This document shows, piece by piece, positions 17,355 through 27,397 of a stretch of 64,000 nt of DNA; the first letter of the stretch is position 1, and each line of letters starts with the position of its first letter. A program made the translations under genes and the position numbers. The DNA is from an uncultured virus (IMG/VR IMGVR_UViG_2061766007_000699). Its lineage: Duplodnaviria > Heunggongvirae > Uroviricota > Caudoviricetes. Under the pieces are notes generated by a model. It did not search any database, was not told where the DNA came from, and worked only from the letters and a program-made list of their open reading frames with translations. Location of the stretch: IMG/VR virus record IMGVR_UViG_2061766007_000699; one strand, 5' to 3'.

Positions 17355-17630
17355 CTAGTAATGAACAACGAAAGACACGCTCTGAAAGCAATCATCGCCA
17401 AGTGTGAAGGAAACCTGTGCTTCTCCACACTTTTCGCTATGGACACTCATCTTGGCTGTAGGAATGCTCCTGAACTTCTCAAGATGTTCGGACAGCTGTT
17501 CATCGCTCATCAGGCCACAATGACCCTTGACAGCTTTGAAAAAGCCGTCAAAGACCTTTTCAATCAGTGCGCTGTTCTCGTCAAGAGGCAGAGCGAGAAT
17601 ACAACAATCGGAGATTTTCAGAGTTTCCAT
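17355..17630 (-). CDS. hypothetical protein
   Basis: AGGAG SD. Confidence 0.6.
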   Translation of the reverse strand: METLKISDCCILALPLDENSALIEKVFDGFFKAVKGHCGLMSDEQLSEHLEKFRSIPTAKMSVHSEKCGEAQVSFTLGDDCFQSVSFVVHY

Positions 17631-17643
17631 TTCAATGGGTCTC

Positions 17644-17985
17644 CTAGCGGATGAAACCTTCGCTCAGAAAATGGGTCATGATACCAACTTCCACTTCAAA
17701 ATAAATGTGAATGAAGCGGAACGGGGGCTGACCATAAAGCCCAATGTTGATGAGCGTGTAGTCTTCCTTGCTCTCGTAGCGAACATTGAGAACATCGTCC
17801 AACTTGTTGAGTTCTTCAACGAACCATTCAATCTGACCCGCCTCAAGGCGGTCATGATAGGAATGGGAAAAGCGCATCAGTTTGTTCACCTTGGCCAACG
17901 CTTCCTTTTCGGCATCGTTGGGACTGTTCGGCTCATCCTCAATGACATCATAGACCTTGAAACGAAGTGCGTTCACAGCAGACAT
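17644..17985 (-). CDS. hypothetical protein
   Basis: GGAG SD; promoter near 18037-18082. Confidence 0.6.
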   Translation of the reverse strand: MSAVNALRFKVYDVIEDEPNSPNDAEKEALAKVNKLMRFSHSYHDRLEAGQIEWFVEELNKLDDVLNVRYESKEDYTLINIGLYGQPPFRFIHIYFEVEVGIMTHFLSEGFIR

Positions 17986-18117
17986 CTCAGTTCTCCGTTG
18001 TTCAGTTGCGACCCGCTTTATCGTGGGTCATAGAACAAATCTAACAAAAAATTCAGAGAGCGAATAGGAAAACCTGTAAAATCGTCTTTACAATTATTCT
18101 CAAAAATCTAAAATGAA

Positions 18118-18146
18118 CAAAGGGCGAGATTTTTGTCTCGCCCTTT
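18118..18146 (-). terminator. intrinsic terminator
   Basis: caaagggcgaga...tctcgccctttg. Confidence 0.7.
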
Positions 18147-18167
18147 GTTCATTCACAATCCAATCTT

Positions 18168-18691
18168 CTACTTGTGGAAAGGACTACGGAGTTTGCGGTG
18201 AAGTCTGTGCTCTCTGAGAACAGGCTTGCGCACTTCTTTATGTTCAACAGTNNNNNNNNNNNNNNNNNNNNNNCAGCGAGTCTCTTGTGTAGCCGTCTCA
18301 TGGGGCGATAGGATTCACCGAACTTTCTCATATTGCGTAGCTTGCGTAGCTTGGGCATGCGCTTTTCATTGAGGTCTTCGGATTCTTCATCGTCATCGTC
18401 AAGTTTGTCTTCGGTGTCTTCCTCATCCAAAGTGTCATCCATGAAAGATTCCACTAGACGAGTGAAGTCTCTTTCGGTCTTGCTTTCGCCTAGGAGCATT
18501 TCATCGTCAAATTCACCTTCAACATCATCGCCTGTGAGGAGGAGTTCGTCATCGTCAATTTCAACTTCTTCCTCTTCCTTGATTTCCTTATCGCATTCCT
18601 TGCCCTTACAAGTCTTGCGGAGTTCCTTGCGGAATGGCTTGCGATTTCTAAGTCCTTCCAAAATGCTGTGTCTCTTCGTCTTTCTAATCAT
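18168..18691 (-). CDS. acidic/basic low-complexity protein with repeated LxE sites (putative head internal protein); spans an N-gap
   Basis: post-gap frame reads VRKPVLREHRLHRKLRSPFHK*, similar to the C-terminus of 31738-32772; CTAAATA at 18725. Confidence 0.6.
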
Positions 18692-18727
18692 TGTTCGCTC
18701 CTGTGCGATTGTTACTGTTTCTCTTAT

Positions 18728-19036
18728 TTAGTCTTCTTGGTCTTCATCGCCTTCCAAACCCCATTCAGCGAAAGCATCCTCTTCCATTCTGTTCAGTCTA
18801 GTGTAGTAATCGGGGATTTCAACTAGATGGTCTAGGGCGATTCTCTTTGCGACTTCGGGGTAATCGGTGTGCTCCATTTCCACTTTGACACCCATGTTTA
18901 GCTGTCTTTCCAAGTCAACATGGTATCCTACCCACTTCGCCTTGATTTCATCAATGGTCATGCCTTCTGCGTTGCCGCCTTTGAGAGGATTTGTTGGCAA
19001 CGCTTCTTCACGAAGGTATCGTCTGCTGTATCTCAT
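18728..19036 (-). CDS. DUF5661-like protein with N-terminal YLREE leader
   Basis: GVKVEMEHT...IALDHLVEIPDYYTRL motif. Confidence 0.7.
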   Translation of the reverse strand: MRYSRRYLREEALPTNPLKGGNAEGMTIDEIKAKWVGYHVDLERQLNMGVKVEMEHTDYPEVAKRIALDHLVEIPDYYTRLNRMEEDAFAEWGLEGDEDQED

Positions 19037-19037
19037 A

Positions 19038-19328
19038 TTAGGTATCCTCAATAATTTTCATGACATCACCCCATCTACGGAGTTCCTGTGTCCGTCCCCC
19101 GTCAATCTTGATGGTGTAGCCATCATCGGTAACACGCACCACGATTTTGGAGCTGTTGCCGTCATTGAATCGCATGACACAGCATTCGTAATCAGGGTCA
19201 AACGAAAATCTGCAATAGCCGTCATTCTTAGAGGTATAGGTCTTCAAATCCATTCTCTCTTGGTCAGAGAACATGGTGCTAGCTAGATACCGCTCTAGGA
19301 ACATATCACATGCCTCTTTGATAACCAT
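19038..19328 (-). CDS. hypothetical late protein
   Basis: GAGG SD; CTAAATA at 19346. Confidence 0.6.
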   Translation of the reverse strand: MVIKEACDMFLERYLASTMFSDQERMDLKTYTSKNDGYCRFSFDPDYECCVMRFNDGNSSKIVVRVTDDGYTIKIDGGRTQELRRWGDVMKIIEDT

Positions 19329-19353
19329 TCATTCACCTCTGCCTATATTTAGC

Positions 19354-19767
19354 TTAAAACTCGTTGTATGTGAAGGGGTATCCTGTAAAATACTTTTCCT
19401 GTTCCATTATCCGTTTCCAAAATCTACCCCATTCAGCTAGACTGCTCACCACAATTTCGTTGGAATCCTGTCTCTTTTCGCCATGAGAGGTAGACCAAAT
19501 CGCTAGAGGTTTGATTACGAGAGTTCCTTCACAATCCACTAGAACATTTGATTTGCCCTTGTATGTTCCAATCTTCAATGTCTTTTGCGGCTTCTCCTGT
19601 CTCTTGATAGATGACCTGAAGACCTCCATCTTGGGCTCTCCGTTCTCAAACCAAAGACAGCCCAAGATGTTTTTGTCAGGCATTCCAAACAAGTTCATCA
19701 GATGAGAGGATTGCTTGTAGACCCTCTCGTTGATGACATAGAGTTTAGCCAAGTCTTCTGCTGTCAT
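19354..19767 (-). CDS. hypothetical protein
   Basis: start at MTAEDL directly after the upstream stop. Confidence 0.55.
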   Translation of the reverse strand: MTAEDLAKLYVINERVYKQSSHLMNLFGMPDKNILGCLWFENGEPKMEVFRSSIKRQEKPQKTLKIGTYKGKSNVLVDCEGTLVIKPLAIWSTSHGEKRQDSNEIVVSSLAEWGRFWKRIMEQEKYFTGYPFTYNEF

Positions 19768-19771
19768 GGTG

Positions 19772-21692
19772 CTAGACGATACAGACATAATTGGTGCCGT
19801 TTTCAGTCTTGACATATAGAGAGCCGCTTGGAAGACCGCTCCGATATTCTACCATGTTCTTTATTTGAATCAGTGTATTTGTAAAGTTCACGGGCCCCGC
19901 AGCCGCAACACTAGTCTTTCCAACAACAAACCCGACACTGTTGTCACTTGACCCTATTTCAAACATCGGCCATATTTCTCTAGCATAAGTTGACCCATCA
20001 GTTATCTTTTCATAATTGCTAGCCGTGAAACCATCGCCTAGAATGAAGTGAGGATAACCACAATCGTCATCTCCGAATGTTGCTGACACATTGGAGCCGA
20101 AGACATAGGCGGAATATGTATTGGTGTCGCTGATGTCGTTGTCTGCGGATATGGAGTTGTCATGTCCTAGAATGACAATGGGTTTCTGAGAGCGAATGTA
20201 GTGGCCTACTTTATTTCCGTTATCCTTGGAGTATGATGTGCGCATTATCAAGTTATTACTGCCAACAACAAGAGAATTTGAAAGGAAAGGTATTCTACCC
20301 TGATTACCTCCGATATTCAAAGACCCAACAAATACGGAGTTCTCACATTTTGGCTGTCCCCGTCCAACTAGAACGGAATTGATAGCCAATATGCCTCGGA
20401 AACCCTGAGCATTTGTATCAGGTATCACATTGACAACAGAGTTTTGAATGCCAATGACATAAAGACTATTAGATGTAGTTGGTGAGTAACCATTGTAGAT
20501 TGAATGGTTTACCTGTCTTCTGAAACCTGAAGTCTCGGTGAAACCCCATCCGCCCCATGAAGGATGTTCATTGTCAATGTTCTGAGCAGAAGTGGTGAAG
20601 TCTGCTGAAGAAGAATGAGTTAGGACTTCATCGTAATTGGTAGTGAACGCCATCTTATTCGCATTGACTAGAGAATCCTTGATTAGACCGAAGTTTCTGT
20701 TAGTCCCAACGAAAATGGAATGCTCAAAACCTGAAATGGGTTCGCCCGAAGTATTGATGATGGAGCCGCCGATTTCTCTGTAGGACATCGTGTTGTTCGT
20801 GGTGTCCGCAAAGTAATCCACATAGTTGAGCCCCGAAGTTCCATCTCCATACATCGTGATGAATGATTCGGTATTCGTGTTTTGGGATGTGGGAGGAATG
20901 CCAACGAAGAGTCTCCCCTGATACGCTATGGGATTGACCACATCAACGGATGTTTTGTCCGCATATCCCCAATAGCCCGAAGTGTTGCCAACAATGTGGA
21001 CGGGGATTTGGCTGAGGTTTGCTGTGAAGCCAATGGAGAACAGAATGCTGAAAGAAGAAACCCCGCCCGTGTCTCCGCTTTCGTGTCTTACAACAACGGG
21101 GTTTGCGAGAGCGATTACAGCAATGGGAGTCACACCGCTATCGCCCCCGCTGACGAATACTAGGACTTTGTTGAAGATGACATCCCCCATTTCGTTGGAG
21201 TCCAAGGTAATCGTATACTGATTGAAATGAACATCGGTGCCTTCTTCCGTAATCTGTCTAGTTCTAGCAATNNNNNNNNNNAGGTGAGCCTGTCATTTCT
21301 CCGCCTTGAATCTCCGCATTGCTGAACGCTGATGTAGTTCCTCCACAAGGCAGAGCGTTATCGCCCAATGCGGGGACAGTTCCCTGAATGTCAACGAAGC
21401 CGCTTGTGGCGGAGCCATAGGCATAACCCCGTTCCTTGAAGGTGAACTTGCTAGTCCCCTGTTTGAAATAGAAAGCACCGTTGAAGTCATCAAGCGTTGG
21501 ATTGCCCGCACTGATTATCGCATTGTCAACGGAGTCTGATGGGTTTACTAGACTTCCATTGTCTCTGACACTTGGGTCTAGAAGGTCATCGTATACAGGA
21601 ACGAAACCGAAAAACTCAATGGTGTTTTCGTTTCCGTTGAGGACATTGAGACCCGCTTGCAAAACTATTGTGGCATCGTTTCTATCTGACAT
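19772..21692 (-). CDS. baseplate/tail-fibre-like protein (one gene split by an N-gap)
   Basis: reading frame is open across the gap (IARTRQITEEG...LDSNEMG); G/S/N-rich beta-type C-terminus; follows wedge genes. Confidence 0.55.
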
Positions 21693-21708
21693 AACTCAAA
21701 ACCTCTTA

Positions 21709-23181
21709 TCATCCCAAAGGGAGATTGCTATAATGACCCATGTGAACAATAATGCTATTGCTATTTAGGGATACGGGTTCAGGCACATTCTTGAGAACCC
21801 ACTTCTCTTCGTCCACATCCCACATGATGTTTGACAGGTCATATTGCGAACTTCCTACAACATGAATCCCCGTGTGAACTGTTGGCGTTCCGATTGCATA
21901 GAGATACTTGTATTTTCCTTCGGGTGCCTTTGGATTCCAATCAACATCTTCGCTCAAGTCTTTCTGAGCAAGATGGCCGTTGAAATCCAACACCAATCTG
22001 TAATCGTCAAAGACGGTGTTGATGGGCTTGCTTCGGTCTACCGTGTCTTTGATGATGTAGATGGTGCTGTCAACTACCAATCCCGAATGGGTGATGGTGA
22101 ATGTGACACCGAAGTGAGGAGTGAGCATTTTGCCGTCCCCGTCTTCGGTATCAAAGACGATATAGTCAGTTGAATACAGTTTCTTGAAATCTACCTTCAC
22201 GCCGAACATGCAAAGGAAAGACTTGAACAATCTCTCGGTGCTCTTCGTTGCGTAGAAGAACGGCAAAGTCCTACACAGGTTTCTGATGAATGGAACAACG
22301 AAGTTTTCGTTGCCAAAGACCTTCATGTAGGTAGCTTCGTTGTAGTTCAAGTTGTAGCCAATGTTGGCTAGGAAATTGTGAAGGAAATCGGAGTCTATAT
22401 CGTCAGGTGAACGATTGTCCAATATCTTCTCAATCTTCTTCAGCACTGAAACAGGAATGTCCCATCCGCCTACGGGCTCTGCTGTCTTATACAATTCGTA
22501 GTTGAGGAAATCCTGAAACAACTTGACGAAAGAGAACATCTCAGTGTCTCTCAGATTGCTTGGTAGATAGGACACAATGTCTATCAATCTGTCATTGATT
22601 GGATGGGTGATTACGGGCGGATTCTGCTCGTGGTCAAAGATGTATCTCTGCGGATTGTAGACTTGAATCGGAGGAGCTTCAACGCCAACTGTCGCTATGC
22701 CGTTGAGGTATCCGTTTTCGGTTGTTGACGAAGCATCTGCCACACCAAGCATAAGAAAGAAAGAAGGACTAGGAGAAATGATTTTGAAGATAGGATTATC
22801 AGGAGGGTCAATGATTCTGCTGTTGGAAATCAAGTAGACCTTTTCCAACTCAATCGTGATGTTCTTTACTCTCGCACCAATCTTGAATACATTGCCGTCC
22901 CAACTATCTTCCAAGTTGCCGTTCTTGAATCTGACCGTGAAACCCTTGATGTCCTTCGGAATGTTGACGGTGCTGTGATTGCCACGGCTGTTAGACCAAA
23001 TGGCGTAGTTGCCCAAGTCAATGGTCAGCGTTCCGAAATTCAGAAAGGTGTCTTTGTCAAATGTCAGCGACTCGTAGGAGACCTTGGTGAGACGAATGGT
23101 GTCTCCTGAGGACAATAGACCTGAACTCAGTATCTCCGTGACACTGTAATAATTGCCCTGTCCTACAATGAACTCTGCCAT
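21709..23181 (-). CDS. baseplate wedge subunit (gp7-like position)
   Basis: follows gp6; C-terminal FYATKST...SKPINTV pattern typical of wedge/tail-protein-I-like subunits. Confidence 0.55.
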   Translation of the reverse strand: MAEFIVGQGNYYSVTEILSSGLLSSGDTIRLTKVSYESLTFDKDTFLNFGTLTIDLGNYAIWSNSRGNHSTVNIPKDIKGFTVRFKNGNLEDSWDGNVFKIGARVKNITIELEKVYLISNSRIIDPPDNPIFKIISPSPSFFLMLGVADASSTTENGYLNGIATVGVEAPPIQVYNPQRYIFDHEQNPPVITHPINDRLIDIVSYLPSNLRDTEMFSFVKLFQDFLNYELYKTAEPVGGWDIPVSVLKKIEKILDNRSPDDIDSDFLHNFLANIGYNLNYNEATYMKVFGNENFVVPFIRNLCRTLPFFYATKSTERLFKSFLCMFGVKVDFKKLYSTDYIVFDTEDGDGKMLTPHFGVTFTITHSGLVVDSTIYIIKDTVDRSKPINTVFDDYRLVLDFNGHLAQKDLSEDVDWNPKAPEGKYKYLYAIGTPTVHTGIHVVGSSQYDLSNIMWDVDEEKWVLKNVPEPVSLNSNSIIVHMGHYSNLPLG

Positions 23182-23192
23182 CCGCTTCTCTC

Positions 23193-25562
23193 CTAGTAGC
23201 CCACAATGTTTTTGTCAAAGTAAATCATCGTCATCTCGTTGTCTACGGAGAAGTGAGTGATGTTTCCGTTTTCGTCAAGCATGGAGTAGTCAAGCAACAG
23301 AGAGTATTCCTTGGCCAACTGCTTCATGGCATTGATGAATACAGCTGACGAAATGTTTTCTCTTTGTGCCCATCCCCAAAGTTTGCGGAACAGGACAGCA
23401 TAAATGTGGTAGACATCCAAGTTCTTAATGAGTTTGATTTCTCTCTTATAACCGTCATTGGATGTATAAGTAAAAGCACCTTGACTACCAAAAGAAGAAG
23501 GGATGTTTAAGACCTCTGTTAGAGTGTTGAAAGAATAACTATCGTCTTCGGGTGTATACACCCAAACAAGGTCATTACCATGAGTATAGTTACAATACTG
23601 TTCCAAGAAATCCGCCATAATATACCCTGACCCTCTTATTCCGAAGTCAGGTATATTGTCAAAGTCGGTAATCTTTCCTGTCTCATCTTCCTTGATGGCA
23701 ATAGGCTCAAACCAAATGTTTGAGTTCTTCACCTCGTTGATGTTCTCAATGATGTTGGTGATGTCAGAAGTGTAGATGGGCGTGTTGACCACGGAAGTTG
23801 AGTTGAGGAACGAATAGACGGCATTCTGAATCTTGCGCTGAGCCGTCCCAAGTTCAGCAAATTCGTTGAGAATGATTTGGCCTTTGATGACAAAGCCGTG
23901 CACATACGGAGGAATGTAGCTGTTCAACACGGTCAACTGAGACTTGGAGTCCACTGTCTTGTTCAATTCCTGAACTTTCGCATAGACATCGGAACCCGAA
24001 GTGCTGTTGGTTTTGCCATCGTTCACGAAGTAGTCAAAGTAGGCAGAAGTCCTGTAATTGGCATCGGAGCCTTCAACGAATACCAAGTCAGAAGCCCCCG
24101 TGTCATTGTGGGAAACATAACTGCTGTTCATCAGTTCAACTGCTTCCCAATTATCGCCTTCCTTGTAGTATGGAGAGCCAATGACCGTGTATAGGACTTT
24201 GTTGCAGAAATCCTTGACCGAAGTAACACCCCGTCTTCTGCATTCCTCTGCCTCTCCCCAAGCCTGAGCATAGTTCACCTTGATTGGGGATGTTAGACTT
24301 CTCAGATACGCTTCGTAGTCGCTCTTGGTAACAAGTCTGTCCAAAGCGGCAAACACCTTGGGAGCGTTGTATCTGATTGACTGAATGTCCTCAAAGTCCG
24401 CACCTCCGTAGATGTTGGATGTGGCAACAACGCTGATAGTCCCCGTGAATGTCCTGACCTCGCTGTTGGTGCCCTGTTGGGTGAGGAAATTGAAAGTGCC
24501 GTTGACCTGACAGTTCTTTCCTACTACACCCGTTTCGTTTGCGCTAGCACCTTCTGTCGCTAGATATTTGACAATGACATGCTCTCCCGCATCAGGCCCC
24601 GCCTTCAGTGTGTTTCCTTCACCGAACAACAGGTCAACTGTGGTGTCCTTGTTTGTCTTAATCAAGCAAGCGGGGATTTGTTCAACACCCTTCTCAACTA
24701 GTTCCGACACGAAATCGTCAACGAAAAGAGACCGTCTGTTGACATGATATTCGGTGTTGGTGATGTTGTTGTTCATCAGATTTAGGAAAATGTCTCCGTT
24801 GTAGGTGCCATCGTCTTTTTCGTCTGACACCACGGCAACTCTAGTCAATGACCTAGGAGAGCCAATGAACTTCTCCGTTCCGTTGTTTTCTATCCATTCG
24901 CCCTGTGCAATGTCCTCGTCTCCGTAGTAGTTGGAGAACTCAGGATGGTCAATCTTGTATTGTTGCCATTTCTGACCCGCAAGAGTGCCGGGATACAATC
25001 GGATGATTTTCGCTTCGCCCTGAATGGCATACAGCGGCTCAGGACTTGGAGTCGCACCCTGTCCTTCTCTGTCATCGGAATAGTTGATTAGGATTGACTG
25101 ACCGACTTGGAACGCATCGTAGTCTTCCTGTGTGATGTCATAGTAGTAGCTCTTCGGAAACACGAAGGACTTTCCGTTCAAGGTCATCGTGTTTCTGATT
25201 TGGTCAATTACCAATCTGTCCCCTACCATCAGACTTCTGTCAGGGTCAGCGATTGAAACCTGAATGTTCACCTTTGCGCCCGTTGGCCGTCTAGGAACAT
25301 AGCCAATTTGCTGTGCTCCTAAAATGACCGAACTGAGGTGCTTGGCCGTTTCCAAGAAACTCTCTTCAGCCGTCCGTTCAATGTAGTAGTTGGTCAGGTC
25401 GCAAGAGGCCAAGAAATTGTCCAAGATGACCTTGGCCAAAGAAGATTGCATGAAGTTCTTTGTCTTATCGTCTTTCTGAAGGACATCAAGCAACTTTGAC
25501 TCAATGTCATCATAAGTCAAACCCGTGTAACCCAATTTGTTTCTGTTGCTCGTATCCGCCAT
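23193..25562 (-). CDS. gp6: baseplate wedge subunit, T4 gp6-like
   Basis: ESFLETA...SV...AQQIGYVPR, GGADFEDIQSIRYNAP...RLVTKSDY, AWGE. Confidence 0.88.
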   Translation of the reverse strand: MADTSNRNKLGYTGLTYDDIESKLLDVLQKDDKTKNFMQSSLAKVILDNFLASCDLTNYYIERTAEESFLETAKHLSSVILGAQQIGYVPRRPTGAKVNIQVSIADPDRSLMVGDRLVIDQIRNTMTLNGKSFVFPKSYYYDITQEDYDAFQVGQSILINYSDDREGQGATPSPEPLYAIQGEAKIIRLYPGTLAGQKWQQYKIDHPEFSNYYGDEDIAQGEWIENNGTEKFIGSPRSLTRVAVVSDEKDDGTYNGDIFLNLMNNNITNTEYHVNRRSLFVDDFVSELVEKGVEQIPACLIKTNKDTTVDLLFGEGNTLKAGPDAGEHVIVKYLATEGASANETGVVGKNCQVNGTFNFLTQQGTNSEVRTFTGTISVVATSNIYGGADFEDIQSIRYNAPKVFAALDRLVTKSDYEAYLRSLTSPIKVNYAQAWGEAEECRRRGVTSVKDFCNKVLYTVIGSPYYKEGDNWEAVELMNSSYVSHNDTGASDLVFVEGSDANYRTSAYFDYFVNDGKTNSTSGSDVYAKVQELNKTVDSKSQLTVLNSYIPPYVHGFVIKGQIILNEFAELGTAQRKIQNAVYSFLNSTSVVNTPIYTSDITNIIENINEVKNSNIWFEPIAIKEDETGKITDFDNIPDFGIRGSGYIMADFLEQYCNYTHGNDLVWVYTPEDDSYSFNTLTEVLNIPSSFGSQGAFTYTSNDGYKREIKLIKNLDVYHIYAVLFRKLWGWAQRENISSAVFINAMKQLAKEYSLLLDYSMLDENGNITHFSVDNEMTMIYFDKNIVGY

Positions 25563-25592
25563 AACGCCTCAATGCCTCTTTAAACCTATGTA

Positions 25593-26063
25593 TTATGTGG
25601 AAATCTTCTGTTTGTATTCGCCAACTTCACCTGTCCTGAGGATGTAGTATTTCAGGCTCATGTCAATGCTGTTTTCGTCAGGATACACAAACACCTTGCA
25701 TTCAGACCTGACGAAGGATATTCGCTGTTCCACGCTCTCTATTTCGTTCAGCACCGTGTTGACTATTTCGTTGTTGATTGAAGTGGTCATGTTCTCAAAT
25801 GGAACTGTGGGCAAAGAAGTCCCCACATTCGGTCTGAAAATCAACTCGCCTTTCATGGTCAACAGGAGGAGTGTGATGGATTCGTTTATCGCCTTCTCGT
25901 CAAAGACTTCACCCTTGGTGATAACATTGTGAGAAAGGTCATAGGCGAAATGCGGCTCAATACCGACCTTTGATTCCAACTCGCTTTTCTTGGAATCAAA
26001 GACCCATTGTTCTCTTGGGTATTTGTATCGGTTTAACCGTATGTATTCAGGATTGACCGCCAT
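25593..26063 (-). CDS. gp25: baseplate wedge subunit, gp25-like
   Basis: AINESITLLLLTMKGELIFRPNVGTSL...EQRI. Confidence 0.85.
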   Translation of the reverse strand: MAVNPEYIRLNRYKYPREQWVFDSKKSELESKVGIEPHFAYDLSHNVITKGEVFDEKAINESITLLLLTMKGELIFRPNVGTSLPTVPFENMTTSINNEIVNTVLNEIESVEQRISFVRSECKVFVYPDENSIDMSLKYYILRTGEVGEYKQKIST

Positions 26064-26087
26064 ATACTTTCTCCCCTAGTATTTAGA

Positions 26088-26429
26088 CTAGGCCCCGGAC
26101 TCAATCCACAAACCCCAAAGCCGTTTCCTGTCCTCTTTCTCCCAATGAGGAAACAACTTCAGCAAATCGGTGAATACCTTTGCCACGCCACGCTTGCGCA
26201 GTTCTCTGAGTTGCTTGACCCTAGCTCTTCCTAGTATGCGCTTCTTCCTCAGCTCTGGCAATCCCTTTTCGTATTCGCCTTCAATGTAATCGGCCCACAC
26301 GAAATAGCAAAGACTGTCCTCGCTAGAATAACCTTGCTTGACCTTGGTAGTCCCTGTAGCCCAATCAAAAACAACAGGGTCATCGCCATAAGACCACACA
26401 CCGTCCGAAACTATCATTCTATTGCTCAT
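26088..26429 (-). CDS. hypothetical protein
   Basis: operon packing. Confidence 0.55.
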   Translation of the reverse strand: MSNRMIVSDGVWSYGDDPVVFDWATGTTKVKQGYSSEDSLCYFVWADYIEGEYEKGLPELRKKRILGRARVKQLRELRKRGVAKVFTDLLKLFPHWEKEDRKRLWGLWIESGA

Positions 26430-26432
26430 ATC

Positions 26433-27394
26433 CTATAACCCAAAACAGACTTTCGTCTTTTCGCTGTTCTTCCATGACCTCATCGTTTTGTTCAAGTCAG
26501 AGGCCAACTGTATCGCCTTGTTGTAGGCATTCGGTGTCTCCAAAATCCTTGACCGCCAATCCACATGATACTTCTTTCTTTTGTCATCCTTGAAGTTGAC
26601 CAAAGACCTACCGAACTCGCACATCGCAAAGGCGCATTCCATGAACATGTCCATCGCATCCATCAGGTCAAAGATGTTCCCCGTGTTTTCGTCAAAGACT
26701 TCGTTGGGGATTATGTGCCCCATTGAAAGTCTCCATATCGTGTCAAAGTTTGGAACAACATCCTTCAACGGCTGACGAATGGCGGCATCGTAAGNNNNNN
26801 NNNNNNNNNNNAAATGCACCTGTCTATGCCGTATCTAGAGTTGCCAATCAAGTCATCAAGCCATTTGGCCAAGAGCTGTTTCGTTGCATCAGCCCCCGCT
26901 GAAATCATGTCCTTCAGGCTGAACTCGCAAATCATTTTCTTGAACCATTCGTAGGAATCGTTGATTTCGTTGAAGACATACTTATCCGTATTGGGGTCAA
27001 GGTGAAGAGAAGTGAAGTCAGGCAAAGAGCCGTCTGTCTGAGCACCCACTTGACTTATGATGTGTCTGAAAATGATTTCGCACTTGATTAGCATTTCGCA
27101 AAGGTTTTCTCTCACCCTCGTTAGCCAATCAAGAGTTTCCTCATCAATCAGTCCTACCATCGCATCTATGCAATTGTTGAGAGTTGCCGTGATGGCATCC
27201 ACTATGCTGTCAACGAAAGTCTTGAGGACATTATACCAAGCGTTGATTACGGAGATGGTCATTCTGCACACATCGTCAAACCATCCAAGCACATATTCAA
27301 CGAACTCTGTTGACATCTTATACCATCCCTCTACCACAGCACACAAGGTGTATGATGTGGGGTCAGGTCTGCTTGTCTCTAGCCAAACACCCAT
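26433..27394 (-). CDS. helical hypothetical protein (one gene split by an N-gap)
   Basis: ORFs 26765-27394 and 26433-26819 meet at the gap. Confidence 0.55.
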
Positions 27395-27397
27395 CGT

